Shown here: positions 19,190 to 27,145 of the stretch, in pieces
Numbering within the stretch: position 1 is the stretch's first letter
How the letters are laid out: every line of letters starts with the position of its first letter
Assembly: GCF_000175255.2 (NCBI RefSeq)
Contig: NC_017262.1
Span: forward strand, 450,001-482,000
DNA from: Zymomonas mobilis subsp. mobilis ATCC 10988
Lineage (GTDB): Bacteria; Pseudomonadota; Alphaproteobacteria; Sphingomonadales; Sphingomonadaceae
Direction of reading: 5' to 3'
Length of the DNA stretch: 32,000 bases
Notes under the pieces: model-generated
The model's input: the letters and a program-made list of their open reading frames with translations, nothing else
Told to the model about the DNA's origin: nothing
The model's database searches: none
Position numbers and translations under genes: made by a program

Positions 19190-21910
19190 TTATTCCAAGC
19201 GGCATTTTTCTGTAATCATCGCGGTTACTTCATCAAGGGGCAAACGATGAATAGGAACCCCTTCAGGAAAAGCATTCAAAAGCCGAGAAGGCACTGCCGA
19301 AGACAATAACACGAATGCCCCCTTGTCATGCTGACTACGGATCAGACGACCAAATCCCTGTGCCAGTTTGGCACGAATAATCTGGTCATCATAAGCTCTC
19401 CCGCCCCAGGCTCTCCGCCTTGCAGCATGAGCAACCGTTGGACGTGGCCAAGGCAACCCTTCCATAATCACAAGTCGTAAAGATTGTCCGGGAACATCAA
19501 TACCATCTCTCAAAGCATCCGTCCCCAAAAGAGAGGCATGAGGGTCATCCCGAAAAATATCAACCAAAGTGCCGGTATCCATTGGATCGACATGCTGGGC
19601 ATAAAGTGGCAAACCTTGCCTTGCGAGATGGTCGACAATCATCGCATGGACGCGCCTCAATCGATGAATCGACGAAAATAGCCCTAATGCACCGCCTTTT
19701 GCAGCTTCCAGCAACCGCACATAGCCATTACTTAAAGACGCAAGGTTATTTTTCTGAATATCGGTCACGATAAATATTTCAGCTGCATCACGATAATGGA
19801 ACGGACTTTTCACCTCAAAATGTAACAGCGGAATATCCAAATGTTTGGCACCACTTCGCTGCTCGGCCATATCCCATAAAAGACTATCCTCGGCCTTCTC
19901 AGCTTCCAGATCAGAAGGTGATACCCGCCCCACACCCAAAGTCGCCGAAGTAATCAATAACCCATGCGCAGATTTGAACACATCTTCGGCAAGGGGATGG
20001 GTCGGGTCAATCCAATGACGATGGATCCCGATGTCATATTCTCGGCCATCAATTCGATCGATCGCCAGCCAGTCGATAAAATTCGCCTCTGCTACCCCCG
20101 TCAGCCGCTCAATCAAATTCAACCAGCTTGATAATATCATTTCGCGCCGCCCTAAAGCGTTCATCAAGCCTTCTATTTTTCCGCGCACAGCATTGTTGAG
20201 CCAATCAGGTGATTCTACCAATAATTGCTCAAGACGCTTCCCAATCAGAAGCAAGGGTTCACGAAGAGCGTGAAGCGCAGTCTGGCTTTCTTTCGCGGCA
20301 TCGGTTACGACTTGATCGACATCAATAATTTCGATTTCAAGGCTATAGCCCTGCTCGGATTTGTCCGCCCGCGATTTCACCATATGATGAATAGCCAGAA
20401 ACAGCCTTTCAATGCCATTTTGCGGCTTATCTTCGGATAAATTCTTTAACCAGCTATCAGAAGGCAGGAAACGAGCGGCCTCCTTCAATTCTTCGACAGC
20501 ATCCGCAATTTTTTCATCATATCCAGCTATTTCAGATAAACCTTTTCGCCGTCGGCGGCTGCCTGATCCCGTCAACCAGCGCCTTAATTCGCAAGATTCT
20601 CTGGCTGTAAAGGCGGCTGCAAAGGTTGAATCTGCCGATTCAAATACATGATGCCCTTCGTCAAAAATCAAGCGATTAAGATGGCTATCCTCGCTTTTAT
20701 CTCCCGTTGCCAACAACATCACCAAAGCATGATTGGCAATAACAATACGGGCATTTTTGGTGGCACGAATAGCGCGTTCAATAAAACAGCGCCGAAAATG
20801 GGGACAGGCTGAATAGATACATTCGCCGCGCCTATCTGTCAGGGACAAAGCCCCATTACGTCGAAACAGACTTATCAACCATCCGGGAAGATCGCCCCCA
20901 ACCATATCCCCATCACGACTATAGGCTGCCCATCGAGCAACTAACTGAACCAGAATATTGGTGCGATAACGGTAATTGCCCTGCAAGGCTTCTTCAAGAT
21001 TGAGCAGGCAGAGATAATTTTCGCGCCCTTTCCTGATAGCGACCTTCTCGCGATATTGCTGGAAATCAGGAAAAATCCGTTCAGCTTCCCGCCCTAACTG
21101 ACGTTGTAAAGCCTTGGTATAGGTCGAAATCCAAACCGTGCCTTCGGCTTTTTCTGCCCATTCCGCCGCTGGAGCCAAATAGCCCAATGTCTTCCCGATG
21201 CCGGTTCCAGCCTGCGCTAAAAGTAGATGCGGTTCATCCTCTTTTTCTCTGGGGCTAAATATCTGACTGACATGACGAGCATAACGGCGCTGTTCGGGTC
21301 TAGATTCCGCCTGTTCACCCAAAGTTTTTCCCAAACTTTCGTCTGCCTCTTCCGGTGATAAAACAACCGGACGGATAGGCGATCTTGGTGGCGCATCTTC
21401 CCATTCAGGCAAACGGGAAAACAACCATGCTTCTGGATGAAGCGGCTTTTCCAAATAAGCCTCAATAAAAGGGCTCCAATTCCATTGCCGCCGCGCCAAA
21501 GCGGCGGCACTATCCCAGGCACCACCCCGTTCCTGCCATTTCGGGTCGGAAAGCGTTTTCAAAAGATGATTGGTAATCTGATGGAGAATACGGGCAGCCG
21601 AAATATCATCTTCCGGCACATCCAAGCCTAAATACCGCGCCAATCCTGAGGCGGTTGGTACCGCAAAACGCGCCGGATGCACAAAAGCAAATAATTCCAG
21701 AAGATCAATTCCGCTCGTCTCTTCGATTTTTAGTCGGCTGGCAACCATAGGCGCATTCAGCAGAATAAGAGGCGTTTTCTGTAACAGATTGACAGCCGTC
21801 TGACGATCAAGCGACTGGATATTCCCATTGGGGAAAGCCATCCATATACCAGCATGGGTGACATGTAATGCCGGAGGTATTTGATCTTCTGAAAAAAGGC
21901 TATCTGTCAC
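19190..21910 (-). CDS. ATP-dependent DNA helicase, DinG/XPD-like (Fe-S, superfamily 2)
   Basis: This is a 906-aa ORF. It has Walker A AQAGTGIGKTLGY and a DEAH-box variant FDEGHH. Four Cys lie between them (YLC, GEC, SAC, RRC), typical of the XPD/DinG Fe-S domain. The C-terminal helicase block is GTDALRDGIDVPG. About 200 aa of N-terminal non-helicase sequence precede this. Confidence 0.85.
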   Translation of the reverse strand: MTDSLFSEDQIPPALHVTHAGIWMAFPNGNIQSLDRQTAVNLLQKTPLILLNAPMVASRLKIEETSGIDLLELFAFVHPARFAVPTASGLARYLGLDVPEDDISAARILHQITNHLLKTLSDPKWQERGGAWDSAAALARRQWNWSPFIEAYLEKPLHPEAWLFSRLPEWEDAPPRSPIRPVVLSPEEADESLGKTLGEQAESRPEQRRYARHVSQIFSPREKEDEPHLLLAQAGTGIGKTLGYLAPAAEWAEKAEGTVWISTYTKALQRQLGREAERIFPDFQQYREKVAIRKGRENYLCLLNLEEALQGNYRYRTNILVQLVARWAAYSRDGDMVGGDLPGWLISLFRRNGALSLTDRRGECIYSACPHFRRCFIERAIRATKNARIVIANHALVMLLATGDKSEDSHLNRLIFDEGHHVFESADSTFAAAFTARESCELRRWLTGSGSRRRRKGLSEIAGYDEKIADAVEELKEAARFLPSDSWLKNLSEDKPQNGIERLFLAIHHMVKSRADKSEQGYSLEIEIIDVDQVVTDAAKESQTALHALREPLLLIGKRLEQLLVESPDWLNNAVRGKIEGLMNALGRREMILSSWLNLIERLTGVAEANFIDWLAIDRIDGREYDIGIHRHWIDPTHPLAEDVFKSAHGLLITSATLGVGRVSPSDLEAEKAEDSLLWDMAEQRSGAKHLDIPLLHFEVKSPFHYRDAAEIFIVTDIQKNNLASLSNGYVRLLEAAKGGALGLFSSIHRLRRVHAMIVDHLARQGLPLYAQHVDPMDTGTLVDIFRDDPHASLLGTDALRDGIDVPGQSLRLVIMEGLPWPRPTVAHAARRRAWGGRAYDDQIIRAKLAQGFGRLIRSQHDKGAFVLLSSAVPSRLLNAFPEGVPIHRLPLDEVTAMITEKCRLE

Positions 21911-22158
21911 GCATTATTCCTATCTTGAGAAGACGACTTTATTCCACCTTACAAAGAAGACACTGTCCCAAGGCTTGATTAACCTCTAAACGACCGATAT
22001 TGAAATCTGCCCGATCAGGCATAAACAGGATAAATTCCTGACCAAGATAGGTTTATCAACTGAAAAAGCCATTCCGATAGAGTAAGATAACGCAAATTAT
22101 GGCTCCGGTATGGATTTCTTCAGTTGGGATGACGGGGTAAAATACCTATCCCCGATAA

Positions 22159-22263
22159 CCGGCATTCAGTCAAAAGGGATACTTTGATTTTTGATATCCC
22201 TGTATATAGGAATGCACCGGATAGTTTTTATTCAAGACCGGCCTTCTTGTCCGGTCTTCTTTT
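22159..22263 (+). promoter_or_regulatory. Structured leader with two tandem terminator-like hairpins upstream of lysK
   Basis: Helix 1 pairs CCGGCATTC (22159..22167) with GAATG(CA)CCGG (22210..22220). It encloses GGGATA (22176..22181) / TATCCC (22195..22200) and is followed by T5 at 22225..22229. Helix 2 pairs AAGACCGG (22234..22241) with CCGGTCTT (22251..22258) and is followed by CTTTT, directly abutting the ATG at 22264. Confidence 0.4.
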
Positions 22264-23859
22264 ATGACACAACAGGATCATATGACACAGGAAAACGCGC
22301 TTCGCATTGCAGCCCAAAAATCCAAAGCATGGCCTTTTGAAGAGGCACGAAAATTGCTGAAACGCTATGCTAAGGCGGCTCCTGAAAAAGGGTATATCCT
22401 TTTTGAAACCGGTTACGGGCCTTCAGGTCTGCCTCATATCGGCACCTTTAACGAAGTTCTCAGAACCACGATGGTGCGGCGCGCCTATGAAATTCTGTCA
22501 GACACGCCGACTCGTTTGATCGCTTTCTCGGATGATATGGATGGTTTGCGGAAAATTCCCGACAATGTGCCCAATCATGAAATGCTGGCTAAACATCTGG
22601 GCAAGCCTTTATCCCGTATTCCCGATCCTTTTGGCAAATATGAAAGTTTCGCGCATCATAACAATGCGATGCTGCGAGAATTCCTTGATCGTTTCGGCTT
22701 TGAATATGATTTTTATTCAGCCAGCGAACAATATAATTCTGGCCGTTTCAATGAAACGCTGAAAGATATTCTTCGTAACTATCAAAAAATTATGAATATC
22801 ATGCTGCCAACGCTTCGCGAAGAAAGACGGGCAACCTATTCCCCGATCCTTCCGATCAGCGAAAAAAGCGGCATTGTTTTGCAGGTTCCGGTCGAAGTCG
22901 TTGATGCCGAAGCCGGTATTATCTGCTTCGAGGATGAAGGTGAAACAGTTGAACAGTCTATTCTTGACGGTAAAGCCAAATTGCAATGGAAAGTCGATTG
23001 GGCAATGCGTTGGAAGGCGCTTGGCGTTGATTATGAAATGGCCGGAAAAGATTTGATTGATTCCGTTACCCAGTCATCCAAAATTACCCGTGTTCTCGGT
23101 GGTCGCCCACCAGAAGGTTTCAATTATGAAATGTTTCTGGATGAAAATGGCGAAAAGATTTCCAAATCCAAGGGAAATGGCATTGGATTGGAGGAATGGT
23201 TCCGCTACGGCCCAGAAGAAAGCCTTGCTTTCTTTGCCTATCGTGAACCGAAAAAAGCAAAATCTTTACATCTCGGTGTTATCCCGCGTGCCATTGATGA
23301 ATATTGGCAGTTCAGAAAAAATTGGCATGATCAGGATGCTGATAAAAAGCTGGGTAATCCGGTTCACCATATTCACAATGGTGCTGTCCCGACAACAGAA
23401 ATGCCAGTGCCTTTCAGCCTGCTTCTGAATTTGGTGGGTGTTTTGGGTGATGGCGCAGACAAGGCTATGGTCTGGGGCTATCTCAATCAATTACTACCAG
23501 AAGCTACTGTCGAACAATATCCCGATCTCGATCGCCTGATCGGTTTTGCCTTGGCCTATCACAAAGATCATATTGCCCCGACCCTGAAACGTCGCGCTCC
23601 GACAGAACAGGAAAAAGAGGCTTTGAAAGATTTGGATAACCGCCTTTCAAAATTGGCAGCAGACAGTTCTGCCGAGGCTTTACAAACCGAAGTCTATGAA
23701 GTCGGAAAAAGCTATTACGAGAATCAGTTAAGAGATTGGTTCGGTGTTCTCTATGAAACGCTGCTTGGTTCCAGCCAAGGTCCTCGCATGGGTAGCTTTA
23801 TCAAGCTCTATGGCTTGGATAATACTAGAAAACTGATTGCTGAAGCTTTGGCAAAATAA
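22264..23859 (+). CDS. lysK: Lysine--tRNA ligase, class I
   Basis: This is a 531-aa ORF. It has the class I LysRS blocks GYGPSGLPHIGTFNEV and KISKSKGNG (KMSKS). The true start is probably the ATG at 22282 (MTQENAL), which has AGGA 4 nt upstream. The ATG at 22264 has no Shine-Dalgarno sequence. Confidence 0.92.
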   Translation: MTQQDHMTQENALRIAAQKSKAWPFEEARKLLKRYAKAAPEKGYILFETGYGPSGLPHIGTFNEVLRTTMVRRAYEILSDTPTRLIAFSDDMDGLRKIPDNVPNHEMLAKHLGKPLSRIPDPFGKYESFAHHNNAMLREFLDRFGFEYDFYSASEQYNSGRFNETLKDILRNYQKIMNIMLPTLREERRATYSPILPISEKSGIVLQVPVEVVDAEAGIICFEDEGETVEQSILDGKAKLQWKVDWAMRWKALGVDYEMAGKDLIDSVTQSSKITRVLGGRPPEGFNYEMFLDENGEKISKSKGNGIGLEEWFRYGPEESLAFFAYREPKKAKSLHLGVIPRAIDEYWQFRKNWHDQDADKKLGNPVHHIHNGAVPTTEMPVPFSLLLNLVGVLGDGADKAMVWGYLNQLLPEATVEQYPDLDRLIGFALAYHKDHIAPTLKRRAPTEQEKEALKDLDNRLSKLAADSSAEALQTEVYEVGKSYYENQLRDWFGVLYETLLGSSQGPRMGSFIKLYGLDNTRKLIAEALAK

Positions 23860-23874
23860 TTAAGACTTATTCTT

Positions 23875-23909
23875 TTCGGAGAGAAAACGGATTCAGTTTT
23901 CTCTCCGAA
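23875..23909 (+). terminator. Stem-loop terminator candidate after lysK
   Basis: A perfect 14-bp stem TTCGGAGAGAAAAC / GTTTTCTCTCCGAA has a 7-nt loop and begins 16 nt after the stop. No T-run follows. Confidence 0.55.
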
Positions 23910-23910
23910 G

Positions 23911-24344
23911 ACCATTTCCTATTAGTAAGATTTTTTAAAAATAACCTTAAAACAAATATTTAATATAATTTAAAAATTTCAAATAATAAAAATTAAGTTA
24001 TTTTAAATTGATTTAAAAAGTTAAAAATGTATAATTTAAATTATGTCAACCTTTCACAAACCTCTCTCAAAGCGCTTTTCTGCTCTTTATTTTAAGAAAA
24101 AATAATAAATTGAATTAAATTTGACTTGCGTTGTCAAAGTTGACTTCAAAAAAGTTTAATATTACATTAGTAAAAATAACAATATTATTTTTAATTTAAA
24201 TTTAATCTAAAATAATAATTATTAAATAAACGGCATTATTATTGATTTTAAGACAAAATATCATATCTTTCTTCGATTATCTTATTTAATTCGTCTAAAT
24301 ATTCAACAAATAAATAAGAGATTTACTGATTCAGTTTTTACAAA
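23911..24344. other. Extremely AT-rich intergenic spacer (~430 bp)
   Basis: The sequence is almost pure A/T, with many A and T tracts. Palindromes are present at TAATTTAAATTA (24032..24043) and AATTTAAATT (24193..24202). A G/C-containing island carries TTTGAC (24120..24125) / GTCAAA (24133..24138) and two direct TTGACTT copies (24121, 24140). Confidence 0.9.
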
Positions 24345-25541
24345 TTGAAGAAAGATTGTCACATGCGCTATCTATCAAAACAAATAATGTATTTATGCCT
24401 CGGTTTATCTGTGCCAGCGGCGGTTATCACACCGACGGCTGCCTATAGCGCTGCGTCTTCGGTCAGTTTAAGTAGTGCGCCCTTTGGCACCACTCCTGAA
24501 GGCCAACCTGTTCAGATTTACACCTTAAAAAACGCTAATGGCGTAACCGTTCGTTTTATTTCTTATGGCGGTATCATCCAATCCATCGAAACGCCTGATC
24601 GCGATGGTAAAGCCGGTGATATTGTTCTCGGATTTTCCGATCTCAAAGGCTATACCGTAGATGCAGCGAAAGGCGGCCTCTTTTTTGGTGCATTGATTGG
24701 TCGATATGCCAACCGGATTGCGAATGGTACTTACAGCCTCGGCGGCAAAACCTATCATGTCCCCGTAACCGCTGCGCCGAATGCCTTACATGGGGGGACA
24801 AGGGGTTTTGATAAATATGTTTGGACAGTCCGTCCCCTGCCCGCCACCGAACATGAGGCGGGTGCAGAATTAACTTTGGTCAGCCCCGATAATGACCAAG
24901 GTTTCCCGGGGAATTTAACGGTTCATGTCACCTATACATTGAATGACAAAAATGAATTGCGGCTGCGTTATCAGGCTAAAACGGACAAGCCGACGGTTCT
25001 CAATCTAACCAATCACAGCTATTTTAACTTAAGCGGCGAAGGCTCCGGTTCGATTGAAAACCAGATTTTAAAAATTAACGCCGATAACTATACGCCGACG
25101 GATACGACCTCTATTCCTACTGGCGAGATAGCCCCTGTAGCAGGCACTGTCCTTGATTTCCGTAATCCAATGCGAATTGGCGATCATTTGCGCGACAACA
25201 ATGAACAGCTCCGCTATGCACGGGGATATGATCAGAATTGGGTTATTAACGGAGAATATGGGAAACAACCTCGCCTCGCAGCCCAAATTTTCGATCCTAA
25301 AACGGGACGAACAATGGATGTGCTGACATCTCAACCGGGGATGCAGGTTTATACCTCCAATTCTTTGGACGGTACTTATTACGGCAAAAGCAACAAACAA
25401 TATCGCCAAACCGACGCTATTGCTTTTGAAGCTGAACATTTTCCGGACTCGCCCAATCACTCCAATTTCCCGACAACCGAACTCAAACCGGGACAGGTAT
25501 TTGATTATACGACGATTTTCCGCTTTGGAACGCGTCGTTAG
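24345..25541 (+). CDS. galM: Aldose 1-epimerase (mutarotase) with N-terminal signal peptide
   Basis: This is a 398-aa ORF with the GalM blocks GRYANRIANG, LHGG..GFDK and TNHSYFNLSG. The likely start is the ATG at 24363 (MRYLSKQIMYLCLGLSVPAAVITPTAAYSAASS), which gives a Sec-type signal. Confidence 0.88.
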   Translation: MKKDCHMRYLSKQIMYLCLGLSVPAAVITPTAAYSAASSVSLSSAPFGTTPEGQPVQIYTLKNANGVTVRFISYGGIIQSIETPDRDGKAGDIVLGFSDLKGYTVDAAKGGLFFGALIGRYANRIANGTYSLGGKTYHVPVTAAPNALHGGTRGFDKYVWTVRPLPATEHEAGAELTLVSPDNDQGFPGNLTVHVTYTLNDKNELRLRYQAKTDKPTVLNLTNHSYFNLSGEGSGSIENQILKINADNYTPTDTTSIPTGEIAPVAGTVLDFRNPMRIGDHLRDNNEQLRYARGYDQNWVINGEYGKQPRLAAQIFDPKTGRTMDVLTSQPGMQVYTSNSLDGTYYGKSNKQYRQTDAIAFEAEHFPDSPNHSNFPTTELKPGQVFDYTTIFRFGTRR

Positions 25542-25566
25542 AATATCTCTTTAATATAGGCATATG

Positions 25567-25599
25567 GGTAGTGACTAATAACCTCTATTAGTTGCTACC
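25567..25599 (+). terminator. Imperfect stem-loop after galM
   Basis: GGTAG-TG-ACTAATA acctc TATTAGT-TG-CTACC pairs as 7 bp plus 5 bp around a 2-nt internal mismatch. It starts 26 nt after the galM stop. No T-run follows. Confidence 0.35.
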
Positions 25600-25669
25600 T
25601 AATGTCTCATATATTTCTCATTATTACATATTGCGGTATACAGAATTAAAAAGATTTAAAGATTATCCG

Positions 25670-25681
25670 TATACCCTATTG
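25670..25681. repeat. Direct repeat copy 1 (TATACCCTATTG) upstream of the recombinase gene
   Basis: It matches 26474..26485 at 11 of 12 positions. It overlaps the right arm of the inverted repeat GGTATACAGAAT / TATCCGTATACC (25635..25675). Confidence 0.5.
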
Positions 25682-25765
25682 TAATATAACCTTTATTATA
25701 TTTAATCTTAAAACGCATCTTATAATCACTATATCAAAATTAAAATTCGGAAATAAAAGAGAATT

Positions 25766-26320
25766 ATGAAAATTGGATATGCAAGGGTTTCAACCCATGA
25801 AGAGAATCTGGATGACCAGATCAAGGCTTTAAAGGAAGCTGGCTGCGAAGAAGTATTTACTGATAAAGTAAGCAGCATCAAAGCTGAGAGGCCGGGGCTT
25901 GAGGAAGCCTTAAATTTCATGCGCGAAGGCGATAAATTTATCGTCTGGCGGCTTGATCGTCTGGCAAGGTCACTCAAAGAATTGATTACCTTAGTCGATA
26001 ATTTAAAAAAACGTTTGGTTCTTTTTGAAAGCCTCTCGGAAAAGATTGATACAGCCTCTTCTGATGGCGGTTTGATTTTCCATATTTTCGGGGCGATGGC
26101 GGAATTTGAACGCAATCTTATCCGCGAACGCACTCAAGCCGGTTTGAAGGCAGCAAGGGCAAGAGGTCGCTTGGGTGGACGTCCCCATATGCCGGAGGAT
26201 AAAATTAACACCGCTATTACGCTTTATCACAGCAACCCCGATATGCCGATTGCTGATATTTGTCGGGCTTCTGGTGTCAGCCGAGCAACGCTTTATCGCT
26301 ATTTGAAAGCCAAAAAATAA
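25766..26320 (+). CDS. Serine recombinase (resolvase/DNA invertase family)
   Basis: This is a 184-aa ORF. It has the catalytic N-terminus MKIGYARVSTHEENLDDQ and the blocks VWRLDRLARS and AMAEFERNLIRERTQAGL. The C-terminal HTH is ICRASGVSRATLYRYL. Confidence 0.92.
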   Translation: MKIGYARVSTHEENLDDQIKALKEAGCEEVFTDKVSSIKAERPGLEEALNFMREGDKFIVWRLDRLARSLKELITLVDNLKKRLVLFESLSEKIDTASSDGGLIFHIFGAMAEFERNLIRERTQAGLKAARARGRLGGRPHMPEDKINTAITLYHSNPDMPIADICRASGVSRATLYRYLKAKK

Positions 26321-26473
26321 AATAATCGGTTTAATATTTTTCAGAATGAGGAGGTGATGTTTCCCCGATCCGGACAGGATCAAGATTTTATTTGGTGAAC
26401 AAAAATCACCCTATTTTTATCAAAGATGCTTTTTAGAAAGCTAAACCAAAGCCGTTTCTTTATATGCCCTGAA

Positions 26474-26485
26474 TATACGCTATTG
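26474..26485. repeat. Direct repeat copy 2 (TATACGCTATTG) downstream of the recombinase gene
   Basis: It matches 25670..25681 at 11 of 12 positions. The two copies are 804 bp apart and bracket only the recombinase gene. Confidence 0.5.
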
Positions 26486-26549
26486 GATGTTCAACAAATG
26501 GATATCCTGATAAAGAATTTCTGAATTCGAGTATAAAAAGGCATATCCG

Positions 26550-27083
26550 ATGCGTAAAATCCTTATGTTGGCAGCGGTTTTTATCTTATCTGCCAATAAC
26601 GACACGCCCGATTATAAAGAAACGCCCACATCAACAGAAGCCGTTCCGCCCACTAATGACCCATGGGCAAACTGCGAATTTGAAATTAAAACAGCCAGTT
26701 TCGGAACAAAAATCCCATTCACAACGGTTCCTGTCGCCCATACCAAAGAACAGATCAACCAAGGTGTTGCCAATTTGTATAACGGTACACCGATCATGCT
26801 TTTCCTATGGGATCAACCGCGTCGCTATGCCTTTACGATGCGGTCGGTATTACGGCCTATGTCAGTAGCTTTTATCAATGATAAGGGTGAAATCACTCAA
26901 ATAGAAAATATGAAGCCGAATACGACAGAGCTTCATGTCTCTGACAAGCCGGTTCGCGTTGCCTTAGAAGTCGGGAAAGGCCTTTTAAGCAGCCACAATA
27001 TTACAACTGGTTCACGGATAACGATCAAGCAATGTTCTTCGACACTGCCCTTCCCCGAAAAATTCTTTCAAGAAAAAAAATAG
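26550..27083 (+). CDS. DUF192 domain protein (secreted)
   Basis: This is a 177-aa ORF with a hydrophobic N-terminus. The block RPMSVAFINDKGEITQIENMKPNT...PVRVALEVGKG resembles the DUF192/COG1430 signature. Confidence 0.7.
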   Translation: MRKILMLAAVFILSANNDTPDYKETPTSTEAVPPTNDPWANCEFEIKTASFGTKIPFTTVPVAHTKEQINQGVANLYNGTPIMLFLWDQPRRYAFTMRSVLRPMSVAFINDKGEITQIENMKPNTTELHVSDKPVRVALEVGKGLLSSHNITTGSRITIKQCSSTLPFPEKFFQEKK

Positions 27084-27094
27084 AGAAACAGGAA

Positions 27095-27145
27095 GCGATA
27101 TATTTTTGCATCTTCAAAAGCAGAAATATATCGCCAGCCTTTTTA
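27095..27145. terminator. Bidirectional terminator between the convergent DUF192 and MerC-like genes
   Basis: The perfect 11-bp stem GCGATATATTT (27095..27105) / AAATATATCGC (27124..27134) is extendable by about 4 more pairs. T-rich tracts follow on both strands. Confidence 0.7.

Noticed and set aside
23911-24344. Repetitive-looking AT-rich tract considered as a CRISPR array, tandem repeat or replication origin
   Set aside because: There is no regularly spaced repeat unit with unique spacers. There are no DnaA-box-like (TTATCCACA) clusters. The recurring motifs are what low-complexity A/T sequence produces by chance.
25729-26383. Minus-strand ORFs of 134 aa and 126 aa covering the recombinase gene
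   Set aside because: They are antisense shadows of the serine recombinase gene, whose frame carries the catalytic and HTH motifs.
26349-26396. Strong AGGAGGTG followed by a 13-codon ORF (MFPRSGQDQDFIW) downstream of the recombinase gene
   Set aside because: The Shine-Dalgarno-to-ATG spacing is only about 2 nt, which is too short for efficient initiation, and the peptide has no recognisable features.
25545-26549. Search for Hin/Gin-type hix/gix crossover sites (TTATCAAAAACC-like half sites in inverted orientation) that would define an invertible segment
   Set aside because: Only isolated TATCAAA strings occur (near 25728 and 26425), in direct orientation, with no matching GGTTT half sites. 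An invertible-promoter switch is therefore not supported.
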